Notes: generated from the letters alone by a model not told the origin. 64,000 nt of DNA from an uncultured Rhodospirillales bacterium (GCA_902763185.1 CACWQT010000001.1:74722-138721), one strand, 5' to 3'; positions 47,791 through 59,631 are shown, numbered from the stretch's first letter. Program-made: numbers and translations.

Positions 47791-48499
47791 TAGAGAGATT
47801 GTTTTTGATACAGAAACTACAGGTTTAGATCCTTTAACCGGTGATAGATTGGTTGAAATTGGGGCTGTGGAATTAATAAATCATGTGCCGACCGGAAAAA
47901 CATATCATCAATATATTAACCCTGAGAGAGAGGTACCGGAAGAGGTTGTTAAGGTTCACGGTTTGACAACAGAATATTTGAAAGATTTTCCGGTATTTGC
48001 CGATGTGGCACAAGATTGGATTGATTTTGTGGGTGAAGACGGTGTTTTGGTTGCTCATAATGCACCGTTTGATATGAAATTTATTAATTATGAGCTTAAA
48101 AGGTTAGGATATGAGGAATATCAATGGGATAGAGTTGTTGATACTTTAGAGATTGCCAGAAGTAAATTTCCCGGACAAAGAAATAATCTTGATGTTTTAT
48201 GTAAAAGATTTGGAATAGATAATTCAGCCAGAACGTTTCACGGAGCGCTTCTTGATGCTCAATTGTTAGCAGAGGTATATTTAGAACTTTTAGGCGGTGC
48301 GGAACCGACAATGGATTTAAGTGCTACTAAAAAACAGACACAAGTACAAAATAATACAGGCGTGATTCAAAGAATTTTTAGAGAATCCAGACATTTTGCT
48401 TTGTCTCAAGAAGAAATAGAAAAGCATCGTGAGTTTTTATCTAAAAATATTAAATCACCGCTATGGTTATCAGATGAGGTAAAAGCAGAAGAGGCTTAA
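47780..48499 (+). CDS. dnaQ: DNA polymerase III epsilon subunit (3'-5' exonuclease)
   Basis: Exo I DTETTGLD, Exo II, Exo III HGALLDA. Confidence 0.9.
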   Translation: MLGNREIVFDTETTGLDPLTGDRLVEIGAVELINHVPTGKTYHQYINPEREVPEEVVKVHGLTTEYLKDFPVFADVAQDWIDFVGEDGVLVAHNAPFDMKFINYELKRLGYEEYQWDRVVDTLEIARSKFPGQRNNLDVLCKRFGIDNSARTFHGALLDAQLLAEVYLELLGGAEPTMDLSATKKQTQVQNNTGVIQRIFRESRHFALSQEEIEKHREFLSKNIKSPLWLSDEVKAEEA

Positions 48500-48501
48500 T
48501 A

Positions 48502-49212
48502 ATGTTTTACTTTGATACTATAGCCGGAAAGAAGGTTGTCAGATCTGATTTATTATCTAAAGATGAAGCAGAACATTTTTTTACGACGCGAGAGTTGTGT
48601 TTATATTCTAAAACAGAGGATATGACGCCTAATCAAAAAATTGTAGAAAATTATCTGGGAAAAGTTTTAGCAACAAATAAACCGGTGCATGGTATTCATA
48701 TAGAAAAAATTGTATCTCATAAAAATTTTTATGAAGAAACAGATGGATTATTGATAGAAAAAGTCGGTGCGGCGTTTATGAATTTTGGTGATTGTGTTCC
48801 GCTTATTTTCTATTGTGATAAAGTGGCAATGATATCGCATGCGGGATGGCGTGGAACGGCGCAAAGCATGGCAAAAGTTTCTGTAAAAAAGTTAGTTGAC
48901 GCGTATGGGTTTAAGCCAAAAGATATAAAAGCGGTGATTGGGCCGGCTATTTGTAAAAACTGTTATAATGTCGGTGAAGAAGTTTATGAAGAGCTTTATA
49001 AAACTGTTGCAAATCCAAGAGAGTTTTTTGAAAAAAGAGATGAAAAATTTTTTGTAGATTTAAAGGGAATTAACAAACAACAATTGATAGAATGTGGTAT
49101 AGAGCAGATAGATGTATGTCCGTATTGCACGGCGTGTGGTGAGAAGTTATTTTTTTCTTATCGTTATGAGAATCAGACAGGATATCGTCATAGCGCAGTG
49201 GTGATGTTATGA
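48502..49212 (+). CDS. YfiH/PgeF (DUF152) family purine nucleoside phosphorylase / laccase-like protein
   Basis: HAGWRG motif, C-terminal Cys pair. Confidence 0.7.
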   Translation: MFYFDTIAGKKVVRSDLLSKDEAEHFFTTRELCLYSKTEDMTPNQKIVENYLGKVLATNKPVHGIHIEKIVSHKNFYEETDGLLIEKVGAAFMNFGDCVPLIFYCDKVAMISHAGWRGTAQSMAKVSVKKLVDAYGFKPKDIKAVIGPAICKNCYNVGEEVYEELYKTVANPREFFEKRDEKFFVDLKGINKQQLIECGIEQIDVCPYCTACGEKLFFSYRYENQTGYRHSAVVML

Positions 49213-50783
49213 AGTTGAGTAAAATAAATATAAATTTACTATTGATTGTTATAACAGCTGTTTTGTTTCAGATGTTCTTGTTTATAGAAAAAGAAAATTT
49301 TCACATTGATGAAATGTTTTCTTTTGTTCTAGCTAATAATAATAATGGTATGGTTTTATTTTATGATTCTTCTGAGGTTGATAATAAGGTATTAACTGGA
49401 AAATATTTAAATGATTATATAATAAAACAAAAAGGAGGTAGTTTTATTAATACGTGGCATAAAGTTTCAGAAGATAATCACATGCCTATATATTTTGTTT
49501 TGTTGAGGGCTTTTAATGTTTTTGATAGCACAATCTTTAATACTTTAAGCGGTATATTTTTTAATATTGTTGTTCTTATATTTTTATTGATTGGTTTTTA
49601 TAAATTAACAAAACTTTTTTTTGTAAATGAAAATTTAGTTATTGTTATTACAGGTATTTTTGCTTTTTCACAAACTGTTTTGTCTTTAGAGGTTTACATT
49701 AGGATGTATTTACTTTTGATGGCTTTTTCTGTTTGGCTACTTTATTATACCGGAAAATATTTTTTATTAGAACAGCGTAAGGAGTTGTTTTTTATTTTCT
49801 TTTTAACAGTTTTAACAATCTTAACACATTATTATAGTTTGATTTTTTGCTTCTTTTTAGCATTTTTTGTTTGCTCATTTTATTTTTTAGAAAAAAAATA
49901 TAAACAAATGTTTTTGTTTGGTTTTATTATGCTGGGAGCGGTGATTGTAGCGTATTTGTCTTTTCCGACAATGTTAGATACAGGTCTTCATGGAGAGAGA
50001 GGTTCACAACTTTGGTTAGGGGTAAATGAATTTAGGGAAAAACCACTAAGTGTGTTAAATGGGAAAATACCATTATTTACAGATACAATTTTTAAAAATT
50101 TTTGGTTGTTTGTTTCTTTTATGTGTTTGGTTGTTTTTTTGGGGGATAAAAATAAATATTTGTCCATTTTGTTTTTTGTTTTTATTTGTTATGGATTTTT
50201 AATAGCATTGGTTATGCCGGTAATGTTACATTATCAGATTAGATATTTTGCACCGATACTTCCTATCTTTATCTTATTAGTTGGTGATATAATTGTTTGT
50301 TTAGGAAATAAATGTAAATTTTCTCAAAAAAATATTTTTGTTATTTTGTGTGCAATAATGTTATTTTTAGGGGGTAAAAACATTATTTGGCGCGATAGCC
50401 CGTTTTATATGCATGGAACAAGAAATAGTCGGAAAATGGAAAATTTGGTAAATGGTGCCGATATTTGGTGGGGTTTCGGGGGTGGTTGGCAATATGCTTG
50501 GATGATACATCTTTATGTTGATAAATTAGCGAAGGCTGATAAAACATGGGTTTTAGAAAATTATAATCATCCCGCTTTTTTAGAATTTTCTAAGCAAGAG
50601 GTTAAAAATAAAAAATATGCTTATTTATTTATGCCAAAAACACAAGAAACAAATATTGAGGGTGCGATAAATTGGATTAAAGAGAGGACTGGTAGAACAG
50701 CTTATTATCTGTTTACATCTAAATCTCCGAACACGGCATCAATGGTACTAGAAGCATCAGTTTATTTGGTATGTCCTTATTAA
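49209..50783 (+). CDS. GT-C fold (GT39/GT83, ArnT/PMT-like) membrane glycosyltransferase
   Basis: More than 10 TM, first-loop acidic DE motif (HIDEMF). Confidence 0.6.
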   Translation: MKLSKININLLLIVITAVLFQMFLFIEKENFHIDEMFSFVLANNNNGMVLFYDSSEVDNKVLTGKYLNDYIIKQKGGSFINTWHKVSEDNHMPIYFVLLRAFNVFDSTIFNTLSGIFFNIVVLIFLLIGFYKLTKLFFVNENLVIVITGIFAFSQTVLSLEVYIRMYLLLMAFSVWLLYYTGKYFLLEQRKELFFIFFLTVLTILTHYYSLIFCFFLAFFVCSFYFLEKKYKQMFLFGFIMLGAVIVAYLSFPTMLDTGLHGERGSQLWLGVNEFREKPLSVLNGKIPLFTDTIFKNFWLFVSFMCLVVFLGDKNKYLSILFFVFICYGFLIALVMPVMLHYQIRYFAPILPIFILLVGDIIVCLGNKCKFSQKNIFVILCAIMLFLGGKNIIWRDSPFYMHGTRNSRKMENLVNGADIWWGFGGGWQYAWMIHLYVDKLAKADKTWVLENYNHPAFLEFSKQEVKNKKYAYLFMPKTQETNIEGAINWIKERTGRTAYYLFTSKSPNTASMVLEASVYLVCPY

Positions 50784-52315
50784 AAGACAACAATGTAATC
50801 ACCAAAAAGCTTTATTTGATAATTACTGTTTTTTAGTGCATCGGTAAAGACTTGACGCGTATATCTAGGTGCAATATAAATAATATCCTTTTGGATATTT
50901 ATATTATCATATGGGGTAAAAAATTTATAATACAGGAATGATTCTGCATATAGATAAGCGCTGGGATAGTTTTTCCAAATGATAGTATTTTTATATGCTA
51001 TATTATCGATTTTATTGTAGAATAATAACTTAGTTACTTCAGATTGTTGGTATAAAATATGTATTTCTTTATTGGTTTGCAAGTGCTGTTTTTCAGCTTC
51101 TTTTAGAGCTTCTTTAAATTTTATCGAAAAATTATCTTTTGCCAACATATTGTAATTACCAAAATAAACTCTTTCAAAGTCAACAAAAAAACAAAAGTAT
51201 AGAAAAATAATAGCTAAAAATACTATTTTGTTTTTAATAAAAACAGATATTCCGATAGTTATAAATATTGTTATAAAAAAGAATAAAAAATTAACACGGT
51301 TTGATGAATAGGCTGGAAATAAAGAAGTATATAATATACCAAAAAAGAAAAAAGAGATAATACTAGTATTGTATATTATTTTATGATTTTTTATCTCAAT
51401 ATAAGCATTTTTTGCGGTTTGAAATAATCCCACTAAAATAAATGGAATAGAAATATAGTAAAATAATCCAAATCTGTTAATAGTGTTCCAAATCATATTA
51501 TCTGTTTGTTTTACTAGTAAATTAAATAAAATAATCAGGTTTTGGCCAATGTTTGAAAAATTTACTTCATTACCACGCCAACCGGGGAGTTTAGGTATTG
51601 AAAAATAAGAATTGTTAATTTCTTCATAATTGAAATTATTTATTAAGAAGAGTAAAAATACCGGAAAAACAACTATTGCAAACAGCAGAGAGCTGCCAAT
51701 TAAATTATACCAAAGCAGCTTATCTTTTTTGTTATATAAAAGAAGATAAAGACTTGAAATAAAAACACTTCCCAGAATGAAAGCAATTATGGGATCATAT
51801 GTATAGCACCCTAATCCCCAGAAAAACATGGCTAACCAAATGTTTTTAATATTTTTAAGTGCTTTGCAATAGAAGTAAAAGGCTATTAAATAAAAGGCAG
51901 GGGCAATATTTCCATGAAATCCCCAACGTGAGAGTATAATATGCCAAGGCATAATGGCAATTATAAATAATCCCAGATAAGCGGTTTGTTTGTTATAAAT
52001 TATTTTTAAAAGCCTATAAAAGACAAAAACAGAAATTAAACTGAAAATTAATTGAGGAAGCCTTATGACCCACGTCTCTAGACCGAATAAAGCTATGAAA
52101 GGAATACTCAAGTAGCTATATAAAACATTTGTTCCTCCACCTCCTGTAATAAAATACAGAGGATATTTTTTACCCCAACTGTCAAAGGATGAGATAAGAA
52201 CAGAATAAGCCTCATATCCGGCAAAGGCTTCGTCACAGTTAATGCCGTCAGGAATACTACCGAACATAAATAGCCTGGCAAAAATAGTTATAATTAAAAG
52301 TAAATAAAAAATCAT
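50780..52315 (-). CDS. GT-C fold (GT39/GT83, ArnT/PMT-like) membrane glycosyltransferase
   Basis: More than 10 TM, first-loop DE motif (NCDEAFAGYEA); convergent with, and 4 bp overlapping, the previous GT-C gene. Confidence 0.65.
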   Translation of the reverse strand: MIFYLLLIITIFARLFMFGSIPDGINCDEAFAGYEAYSVLISSFDSWGKKYPLYFITGGGGTNVLYSYLSIPFIALFGLETWVIRLPQLIFSLISVFVFYRLLKIIYNKQTAYLGLFIIAIMPWHIILSRWGFHGNIAPAFYLIAFYFYCKALKNIKNIWLAMFFWGLGCYTYDPIIAFILGSVFISSLYLLLYNKKDKLLWYNLIGSSLLFAIVVFPVFLLFLINNFNYEEINNSYFSIPKLPGWRGNEVNFSNIGQNLIILFNLLVKQTDNMIWNTINRFGLFYYISIPFILVGLFQTAKNAYIEIKNHKIIYNTSIISFFFFGILYTSLFPAYSSNRVNFLFFFITIFITIGISVFIKNKIVFLAIIFLYFCFFVDFERVYFGNYNMLAKDNFSIKFKEALKEAEKQHLQTNKEIHILYQQSEVTKLLFYNKIDNIAYKNTIIWKNYPSAYLYAESFLYYKFFTPYDNINIQKDIIYIAPRYTRQVFTDALKNSNYQIKLFGDYIVVF

Positions 52316-52500
52316 TTTAAATATGGAAAAATTGCATTATGTATCTGAATTTAAAACAATAATAGTTAATTTTTTGCTTGAATCTTCAAAAATAGTGATA
52401 TAAATTCGTCGCAGAATTAATCGTTCTGCCGCAACAAAACGATATTTGTTTTGTGTGTGGTTGTTTTAACTTATTTTAAGCTAATAGGAGCTGATAGACC

Positions 52501-55200
52501 ATGAGTAAATGGGTATATACATTTGGTGATGGCAAAGCCGAAGGCGATGCCAGCATGCGTAATCTCCTTGGCGGTAAAGGTGCTAACTTGGCAGAAATGA
52601 ATAAAGTTGGCTTGCCTGTTCCTCCGGGATTCACAGTAACAACAGAAGTTTGCACTTACTACTATAATAATAACAAGACTTATCCGGCAGATTTGAAAGA
52701 TCAAGTTCGCACGGCTCTTTCTTATGTTGAAGGGATTATGGGCAAAAAATTTGCTGATGAAAATAACCCATTATTGGTTTCTGTTCGTTCCGGTGCCAGA
52801 GTTTCTATGCCGGGTATGATGGATACAGTTTTAAATCTCGGCTTAAACGATGTTACAGTTAAAGCTTTAGCAAAAGCTTCCGGTTCTGAAAGATTTGCAT
52901 ATGATGCTTATCGTCGTTTCTTGCAAATGTTCTCCGATGTTGTTTTGGGTGCAGATTTAGAGTTGTATGAAGAAGCTTTAGAAAATATGAAGAAATCTAA
53001 GGGCTATAAGTCTGATACTGATTTGACCGCAGAAGATTTAAAAGAATTAGTAAATCAATATAAAGCTATCGGTCAGAAAATCGGTAAAGTTGTTCCGCAA
53101 GATCCTTGGGATCAATTGTGGGCAGGTATTGGCGCTGTGTTCGGTTCTTGGATGGTTGACCGCGCCATTACTTATCGTAAATTAAACAATATTCCGGGCG
53201 ATTGGGGAACAGCTGTTAACGTTCAAACTATGGTGTTTGGTAATGCCGGTGATGATTGTGCAACAGGTGTTTGCTTCTCTCGTGACCCTGCAACCGGTGA
53301 AAATGTTTACTACGGTGAATATCTTGTTAATGCACAAGGTGAAGACGTTGTTGCCGGTATCCGCACACCGCAACCGATGGGTTCTCAAGGCAAGGGAAAT
53401 TCTTTGGAAGAAACATGGCCACACCTTTATCAAGAGTTGGTTGATGTTCGTAACAAGTTGGAAGCTCACTACAAAGATATGCAAGATATGGAATTCACCA
53501 TTGAACATGGTAAATTGTGGATGTTGCAATGTCGTAACGGTAAGAGAACAGCAGCCGCTGCCGTTCGTATGGCTGTTGAAATGTATGAAGAAGGTATGTT
53601 AACAAAAGAAGAAGCTATTATGCGCGTTGGTGCAGACCAGCTTGACCAATTGTTACACCCAATGTTAGACCCGAAAGCAAAGAAAAATGTTATTGCAACC
53701 GGTCTTCCGGCTTCTCCTGGTGCGGCTGTTGGTCGTGCTGTTTTCTGTGCTGAAGATGCAGAAGCTTGGGCAGAGAAGGGTGAAAAGGTTATTCTTATTC
53801 GTAACGAAACTTCTCCTGAAGATATTGGTGGTATGCATGCTTCTCAAGGTGTTATCACAGCTCGTGGTGGTATGACTTCGCACGCAGCCGTGGTTGCTCG
53901 TGGTATGGGTACTCCTTGTGTTTCCGGTTCTACTGACATTGTAATTGATTACAAAGCAAAAACAATGAGCACAAAGGCCGGTGTTGTTATCAAAGAAGGC
54001 GATTGGGTATCTTTAGATGGTGCTAAAGGTCAAATCATTGAAGGACAAATCCCGACAGTTCAAGTTGAAATGACAGGTAACTTCGGTAAGTTAATGACAT
54101 GGGTTGATGAAATCAAAACTATGAAAGTTCGCGCAAATGCTGAAACACCAAAAGATGCTAAACAAGCTCGTGATTTTGGTGCAGAAGGTATCGGTTTGGC
54201 AAGAACAGAACACATGTTCTTTGATGCAAACCGTATTGCCGATATGCGTGCTATGATTTTATCTGACAACGAAGAAGGTCGTCGTGCTGCTTTGGCTCGT
54301 TTGTTGCCGTATCAAAAACAAGACTTTATTGACTTGTTTACCATTATGGATGGTCTGCCGGTAACTGTTCGTTTGCTTGATCCGCCGTTGCACGAGTTCT
54401 TGCCGCATACAGATGCAGAAATGCAAGAATTGGCAGATAAAATGGGTATGACTTTGGCTCAAGTTAAGAGTCGTTCTGAAAAATTGCACGAACTTAACCC
54501 GATGCTTGGTCACCGTGGTTGTCGTTTGGCTGTTACATATCCTGAAATTTGTGAAATGCAAACTCGCGCTATCTTAGAAGCCGCGTTGGAATGTCAAGCA
54601 AAAGGAATTAAAGTTATTCCTGAAATTGAAGTTCCGTTAATCGGTTCTAAGAAGGAATTGGATATTTGCAAGAACATCATTGATACCACTGCAGAAAAAG
54701 TATTTGCAGAAAAAGGCAAGAAGATTGATTATCTTGTCGGCACAATGATTGAATTGCCGAGAGCTGCTTTGCAAGCTGAAAACATTGCTGAATCTGCCGG
54801 CTTCTTTGGTTTCGGTACAAACGACTTAACACAAACAACTTTGGGTATGAGCCGTGATGATACTGGTGCAATCTTAGATTGCTACAGAGCAAAAGGTGTT
54901 TATGTTGCTGATCCGTTTGCTTCTATCGATGTTGATGGTGTTGGCAAGCTTGTTGAACGCGCTTGTGTATGTGGTCGCAGAACTAACCCGGATATTCACT
55001 TGGGTGTTTGCGGTGAGCATGGCGGCGATCCTGCGTCTATTGAATTTTTCAATCACTGCGGATTAGACTATGTTTCTTGCTCTCCGTTCCGTGTTCCGGT
55101 TGCTCGTCTTGCTGCAGCTCAAGCAGCTGTTAAGCAAAAGGGTCAACCGAAGGCTGTTGATGCAGCTAAAGACGGTTGTTGCTGCAAGAAAGCTTGTTAA
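52501..55200 (+). CDS. ppdK: pyruvate, phosphate dikinase
   Basis: 899 aa; catalytic His region GGMTSHAAVVARGMG; PEP-utilising C-terminal domain. Confidence 0.95.
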   Translation: MSKWVYTFGDGKAEGDASMRNLLGGKGANLAEMNKVGLPVPPGFTVTTEVCTYYYNNNKTYPADLKDQVRTALSYVEGIMGKKFADENNPLLVSVRSGARVSMPGMMDTVLNLGLNDVTVKALAKASGSERFAYDAYRRFLQMFSDVVLGADLELYEEALENMKKSKGYKSDTDLTAEDLKELVNQYKAIGQKIGKVVPQDPWDQLWAGIGAVFGSWMVDRAITYRKLNNIPGDWGTAVNVQTMVFGNAGDDCATGVCFSRDPATGENVYYGEYLVNAQGEDVVAGIRTPQPMGSQGKGNSLEETWPHLYQELVDVRNKLEAHYKDMQDMEFTIEHGKLWMLQCRNGKRTAAAAVRMAVEMYEEGMLTKEEAIMRVGADQLDQLLHPMLDPKAKKNVIATGLPASPGAAVGRAVFCAEDAEAWAEKGEKVILIRNETSPEDIGGMHASQGVITARGGMTSHAAVVARGMGTPCVSGSTDIVIDYKAKTMSTKAGVVIKEGDWVSLDGAKGQIIEGQIPTVQVEMTGNFGKLMTWVDEIKTMKVRANAETPKDAKQARDFGAEGIGLARTEHMFFDANRIADMRAMILSDNEEGRRAALARLLPYQKQDFIDLFTIMDGLPVTVRLLDPPLHEFLPHTDAEMQELADKMGMTLAQVKSRSEKLHELNPMLGHRGCRLAVTYPEICEMQTRAILEAALECQAKGIKVIPEIEVPLIGSKKELDICKNIIDTTAEKVFAEKGKKIDYLVGTMIELPRAALQAENIAESAGFFGFGTNDLTQTTLGMSRDDTGAILDCYRAKGVYVADPFASIDVDGVGKLVERACVCGRRTNPDIHLGVCGEHGGDPASIEFFNHCGLDYVSCSPFRVPVARLAAAQAAVKQKGQPKAVDAAKDGCCCKKAC

Positions 55201-55225
55201 ATTTATTTAGCAAAACCTAAAGCAA

Positions 55226-55255
55226 AGCGTCGGGTGAGAATCCGGCGCTTTTTTG
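55226..55255 (+). terminator. rho-independent terminator after ppdK
   Basis: AAGCGTCGG ... CCGGCGCTT stem followed by TTTTT. Confidence 0.6.
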
Positions 55256-55332
55256 TATATACTTTTTTATTTTTGTTTGAAATAAAAGAAAGGTGAGGTA
55301 GTATTTAGTAAAATTTTGTAGGAGAATAAATT

Positions 55333-55797
55333 ATGGATTTTAAATCACTTAAAGACGTTAATACAAGTAAGGCTATTTTAAAAGAGATTTATGATTCTTT
55401 TTTGACAGAGATTAAAAAAGCTAAAGGTATTGATATTAGTGCTATAAAAAAAGGCTTTGATACGTATTTTGTTACCTTTTTTAAGGAGAATTACATCAAT
55501 TTCAATGGGCGTATCGCAAGACATCAATTTTGGATGGTTGTTTTGTATTCTGCTTTGATTGGAACTGTTTTGGATATTATTCCGATGTTAGGTTATGCTT
55601 ATGCAATAGCTTTGGCAATTCCTGCAGTGTGCATGTTTATACGTCGATTGCATGATTTTGATGTTTCCGGTTGGTGGGTAATTGCCTTAGCGGTTATTGC
55701 AACTCTTATACCAATTTTAGGCTTTTTGTTTGTTTTGCTGGTATTTGCTTTGCCAGGAGATAAAAAAGCCAATACATACGGAAATGTTCAAAAATAG
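55333..55797 (+). CDS. DUF805 family inner-membrane protein
   Basis: RIARHQFW and RRLHD ... GWW motifs. Confidence 0.7.
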   Translation: MDFKSLKDVNTSKAILKEIYDSFLTEIKKAKGIDISAIKKGFDTYFVTFFKENYINFNGRIARHQFWMVVLYSALIGTVLDIIPMLGYAYAIALAIPAVCMFIRRLHDFDVSGWWVIALAVIATLIPILGFLFVLLVFALPGDKKANTYGNVQK

Positions 55798-55815
55798 TTC
55801 TAAAACCATTAAACA

Positions 55816-55853
55816 TAAAAAAGAGTCTCTTGTGTCTAAGAGGCTCTTTTTTA
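55816..55853. terminator. bidirectional hairpin terminator between convergent genes
   Basis: AAGAGTCTCTT / AAGAGGCTCTT arms flanked by A-run and T-run. Confidence 0.55.
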
Positions 55854-56552
55854 GTATATCAAAATAAATAAAATGATCAAAGTTGATAGGACAATAGAAG
55901 GTCCAAAGGCACCGGTTCTTTGTCTTTTTATAAAACAGGTTATACCGAAAATAATGCAAGAAAGTATAATGATATAGGGTATATTGGTTAAACCTAACCA
56001 AGCGCCGATAGCTGCTAATATTTTTATATCACCACCACCAAAATTATCAGGGTGCTTCTTTATCAGCAATAGTGAGGCAATAACGGGTAAGACATAGCCC
56101 ATAATAGCACCAAGAGAGCTGTTTGTTGTTGCCAATATGATATTTTCTCCTAACAGATTGCCGGCAAATACGGCATATGCAAAACCACCAATGAGTAGGG
56201 GGGAGGTAAGAATGTCCGGTAAATACAGTATTCTTTTATCTATTTCTGTCAGTAAAAGCAGTATAAAGACAAAAAAAGCAATCCACGGTGCTTCGTTTAT
56301 CGGTAAAGCCAAAGACAGCAAAAAGAAAATGGCAGTAGTTATAATCCCCCAACCGAGCGAACGCATTAAATAATGGTTTCGTAATTGTATGTATTTACGA
56401 TTATTAGCACGTTTTTCGGCTGAAACAATTTTATTGATATGAAAAATGCGATATAGGGCGTAGGCCATAGTTGCAGGCATAAATTTGGCAAATCTGCGCG
56501 CAAGGTATGGGATCGTAAAACCTAAAATAAAACCGATTAAAATGTATGTCAT
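55851..56552 (-). CDS. cpaA: A24-family prepilin peptidase (Flp/Tad type, CpaA/TadV-like)
   Basis: Polytopic membrane protein about 230 aa, GGGDIK catalytic Asp motif. Confidence 0.65.
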   Translation of the reverse strand: MTYILIGFILGFTIPYLARRFAKFMPATMAYALYRIFHINKIVSAEKRANNRKYIQLRNHYLMRSLGWGIITTAIFFLLSLALPINEAPWIAFFVFILLLLTEIDKRILYLPDILTSPLLIGGFAYAVFAGNLLGENIILATTNSSLGAIMGYVLPVIASLLLIKKHPDNFGGGDIKILAAIGAWLGLTNIPYIIILSCIIFGITCFIKRQRTGAFGPSIVLSTLIILFILIY

Positions 56553-56627
56553 TTGATGTCTCCGGTTGGTTATCTTAGGGTAGTGTATTAGGGAAAGGTA
56601 AATATTTTTTAAATGAGGGCTGAGTTT

Positions 56628-57260
56628 TTATATCAGCCCTAATTTTTGTGCTGTAATAACGGCTTGGGTTCGATTGTTGACTTTTAGGCTGCGTAAGAGA
56701 GCATTTATGTGTAATTTAACCGTTGCTTCTGATACCCCCATATCATAAGCAATTTGTTTGTTAGATTTTCCTTGGGCAATTAAATCCAAAACCTGTGATT
56801 GGCGATTGGTTAAATTCTTTTTCAGGAAAGGAGGATTTTTGTTTTCTCCATTTTGGTTAAGATTGTTCTCAAGCAATATCGGCGGTAAATATGTTCCGCC
56901 ATCTAGTATTAGTTTTAAGGCACCGCTTAAAATATTACTATCCGATCTTTTGGGTATATATCCTTTAACACCGTAAGATAAAATTTTTTTGATATTTCTG
57001 ATTTCTTCTGAGGCAGATATGGCAACAATTTTGGCGTTTGGTGTCAGCGTTTTTATTTTTCCAATGATTTCAGCGGCACTTAATTCTGCTAAATCAATGT
57101 CTAATAAAATGATATCTGCATCAATATTCTCGGATAATATTTTTTGCATTTCTGCAAGAGAAGATGTTTGTAAAATCGTGATATTCGGATTAATTTGTTT
57201 TAGGCGTAAAGATAGTCCGTCTCTGAATAAGGCCTGCTCGTCCGTTATTAAAACTTTCAT
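56628..57260 (-). CDS. NarL/FixJ-family response regulator (REC + LuxR HTH)
   Basis: Receiver (ILLDIDL, K at KGYIPK) plus LuxR-type HTH (LTNRQSQVLDLIAQGKSNKQIA). Confidence 0.85.
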   Translation of the reverse strand: MKVLITDEQALFRDGLSLRLKQINPNITILQTSSLAEMQKILSENIDADIILLDIDLAELSAAEIIGKIKTLTPNAKIVAISASEEIRNIKKILSYGVKGYIPKRSDSNILSGALKLILDGGTYLPPILLENNLNQNGENKNPPFLKKNLTNRQSQVLDLIAQGKSNKQIAYDMGVSEATVKLHINALLRSLKVNNRTQAVITAQKLGLI

Positions 57261-57347
57261 TTATCTCTCCCTTGAAAACAAGTGTTCGTAAAATGTAGTT
57301 GCAATATAAGTTCGGATTGGCGGTTTTAAAGTCTGTAATTTATTTTT

Positions 57348-57812
57348 TTAGTCTTTAGGCGGTAAAATTAAAAGCTCAACACCCGCTTCTTTTAACATTT
57401 GTTCGGAATAAGTAATCTTATCGCGCCAAGTGTTCTGAGGTGTGTTTTTATCAATTACCAAAGGATTTGTGACAACCAATTTGATACCAGATTGAATAAT
57501 GGCTCTGGTGCAGTCAGTGCAAGGAAAATGTGTAGCATATAATACACATCCTTTGACGCAGGTTCCACATAGGCAGGCGTTATAAACAGCATTTCGTTCG
57601 GCATGTTCAAAAAAATCATATTTGGTTGGGCGTTCAAAACGCTCCATAACTTCATCGTCAACACCGCGGACAAAACCATTATATCCGGTTGCACGAATTT
57701 CTTTATCCGGACCAACAATAATTGCGCCGGTTTTGGTTGAAGTATCTTTGGACCAAGTGGATATTAGTTTTGCCAGTTCCATAAAACGATAATGCCATTT
57801 CATTGTAAACAT
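57348..57812 (-). CDS. dCMP deaminase
   Basis: HAERNAV and PCTDC zinc-binding motifs. Confidence 0.85.
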   Translation of the reverse strand: MFTMKWHYRFMELAKLISTWSKDTSTKTGAIIVGPDKEIRATGYNGFVRGVDDEVMERFERPTKYDFFEHAERNAVYNACLCGTCVKGCVLYATHFPCTDCTRAIIQSGIKLVVTNPLVIDKNTPQNTWRDKITYSEQMLKEAGVELLILPPKD

Positions 57813-57959
57813 TGGTTGCCTCCTTGTTGTTTTTTTGCTATTTTATCGTTTTTTTCTTATTTTACAAGTTTTTATTTGTTCAATTTGGTATGATTTTCTA
57901 TTTGTTGCTTGACTTTAGATGAACTCAAGCTATATTAGCAAAAAATAATTTTAATTTAG

Positions 57960-59246
<1,287 letters not shown>

Positions 59247-59250
59247 GTTC

Positions 59251-59502
59251 ATGAAAAGTTTGTTTTATTTTATTATCATTTTAGCGGTGGCTTTGGTTTG
59301 TATTTCTGCCTTTTGGTCGCTTGCCAGAGATGTTACGCTTGATGAACAGATTCAAATAGTTCAGAGTTGGTTTGGCGAAAGTGTTGAAGATACTGCAGCC
59401 TCAAATGTTTCCGAATCAGCATCAAAGCTAGGTAAAGTTTTGAAAAATAATTTTGAAGAAGCTCAAGATGTTTATCAAAACGGTGCTAAATATGCTGAAT
59501 AA
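59251..59502 (+). CDS. small membrane-anchored protein (possibly FtsB-like by position)
   Basis: N-terminal TM, 83 aa, lies between eno and a strong terminator; in Rhizobiales a septum-formation initiator gene often follows eno (positional inference only). Confidence 0.4.
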   Translation: MKSLFYFIIILAVALVCISAFWSLARDVTLDEQIQIVQSWFGESVEDTAASNVSESASKLGKVLKNNFEEAQDVYQNGAKYAE

Positions 59503-59522
59503 TTAAAACAAATCGCAAAATA

Positions 59523-59552
59523 AAAGAGCGGACGTAGGTTCGCTCTTTTTTG
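59523..59552 (+). terminator. rho-independent terminator
   Basis: AAGAGCG-GACGTAGGTT-CGCTCTT followed by TTTTT. Confidence 0.75.
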
Positions 59553-59631
59553 TTGCCTGTTAATAAGATAAAAAGGTTGAGATATTTTATCTTTGTGTTA
59601 GGATTAAGCCAAAATAAAACAGGAATAAAAA

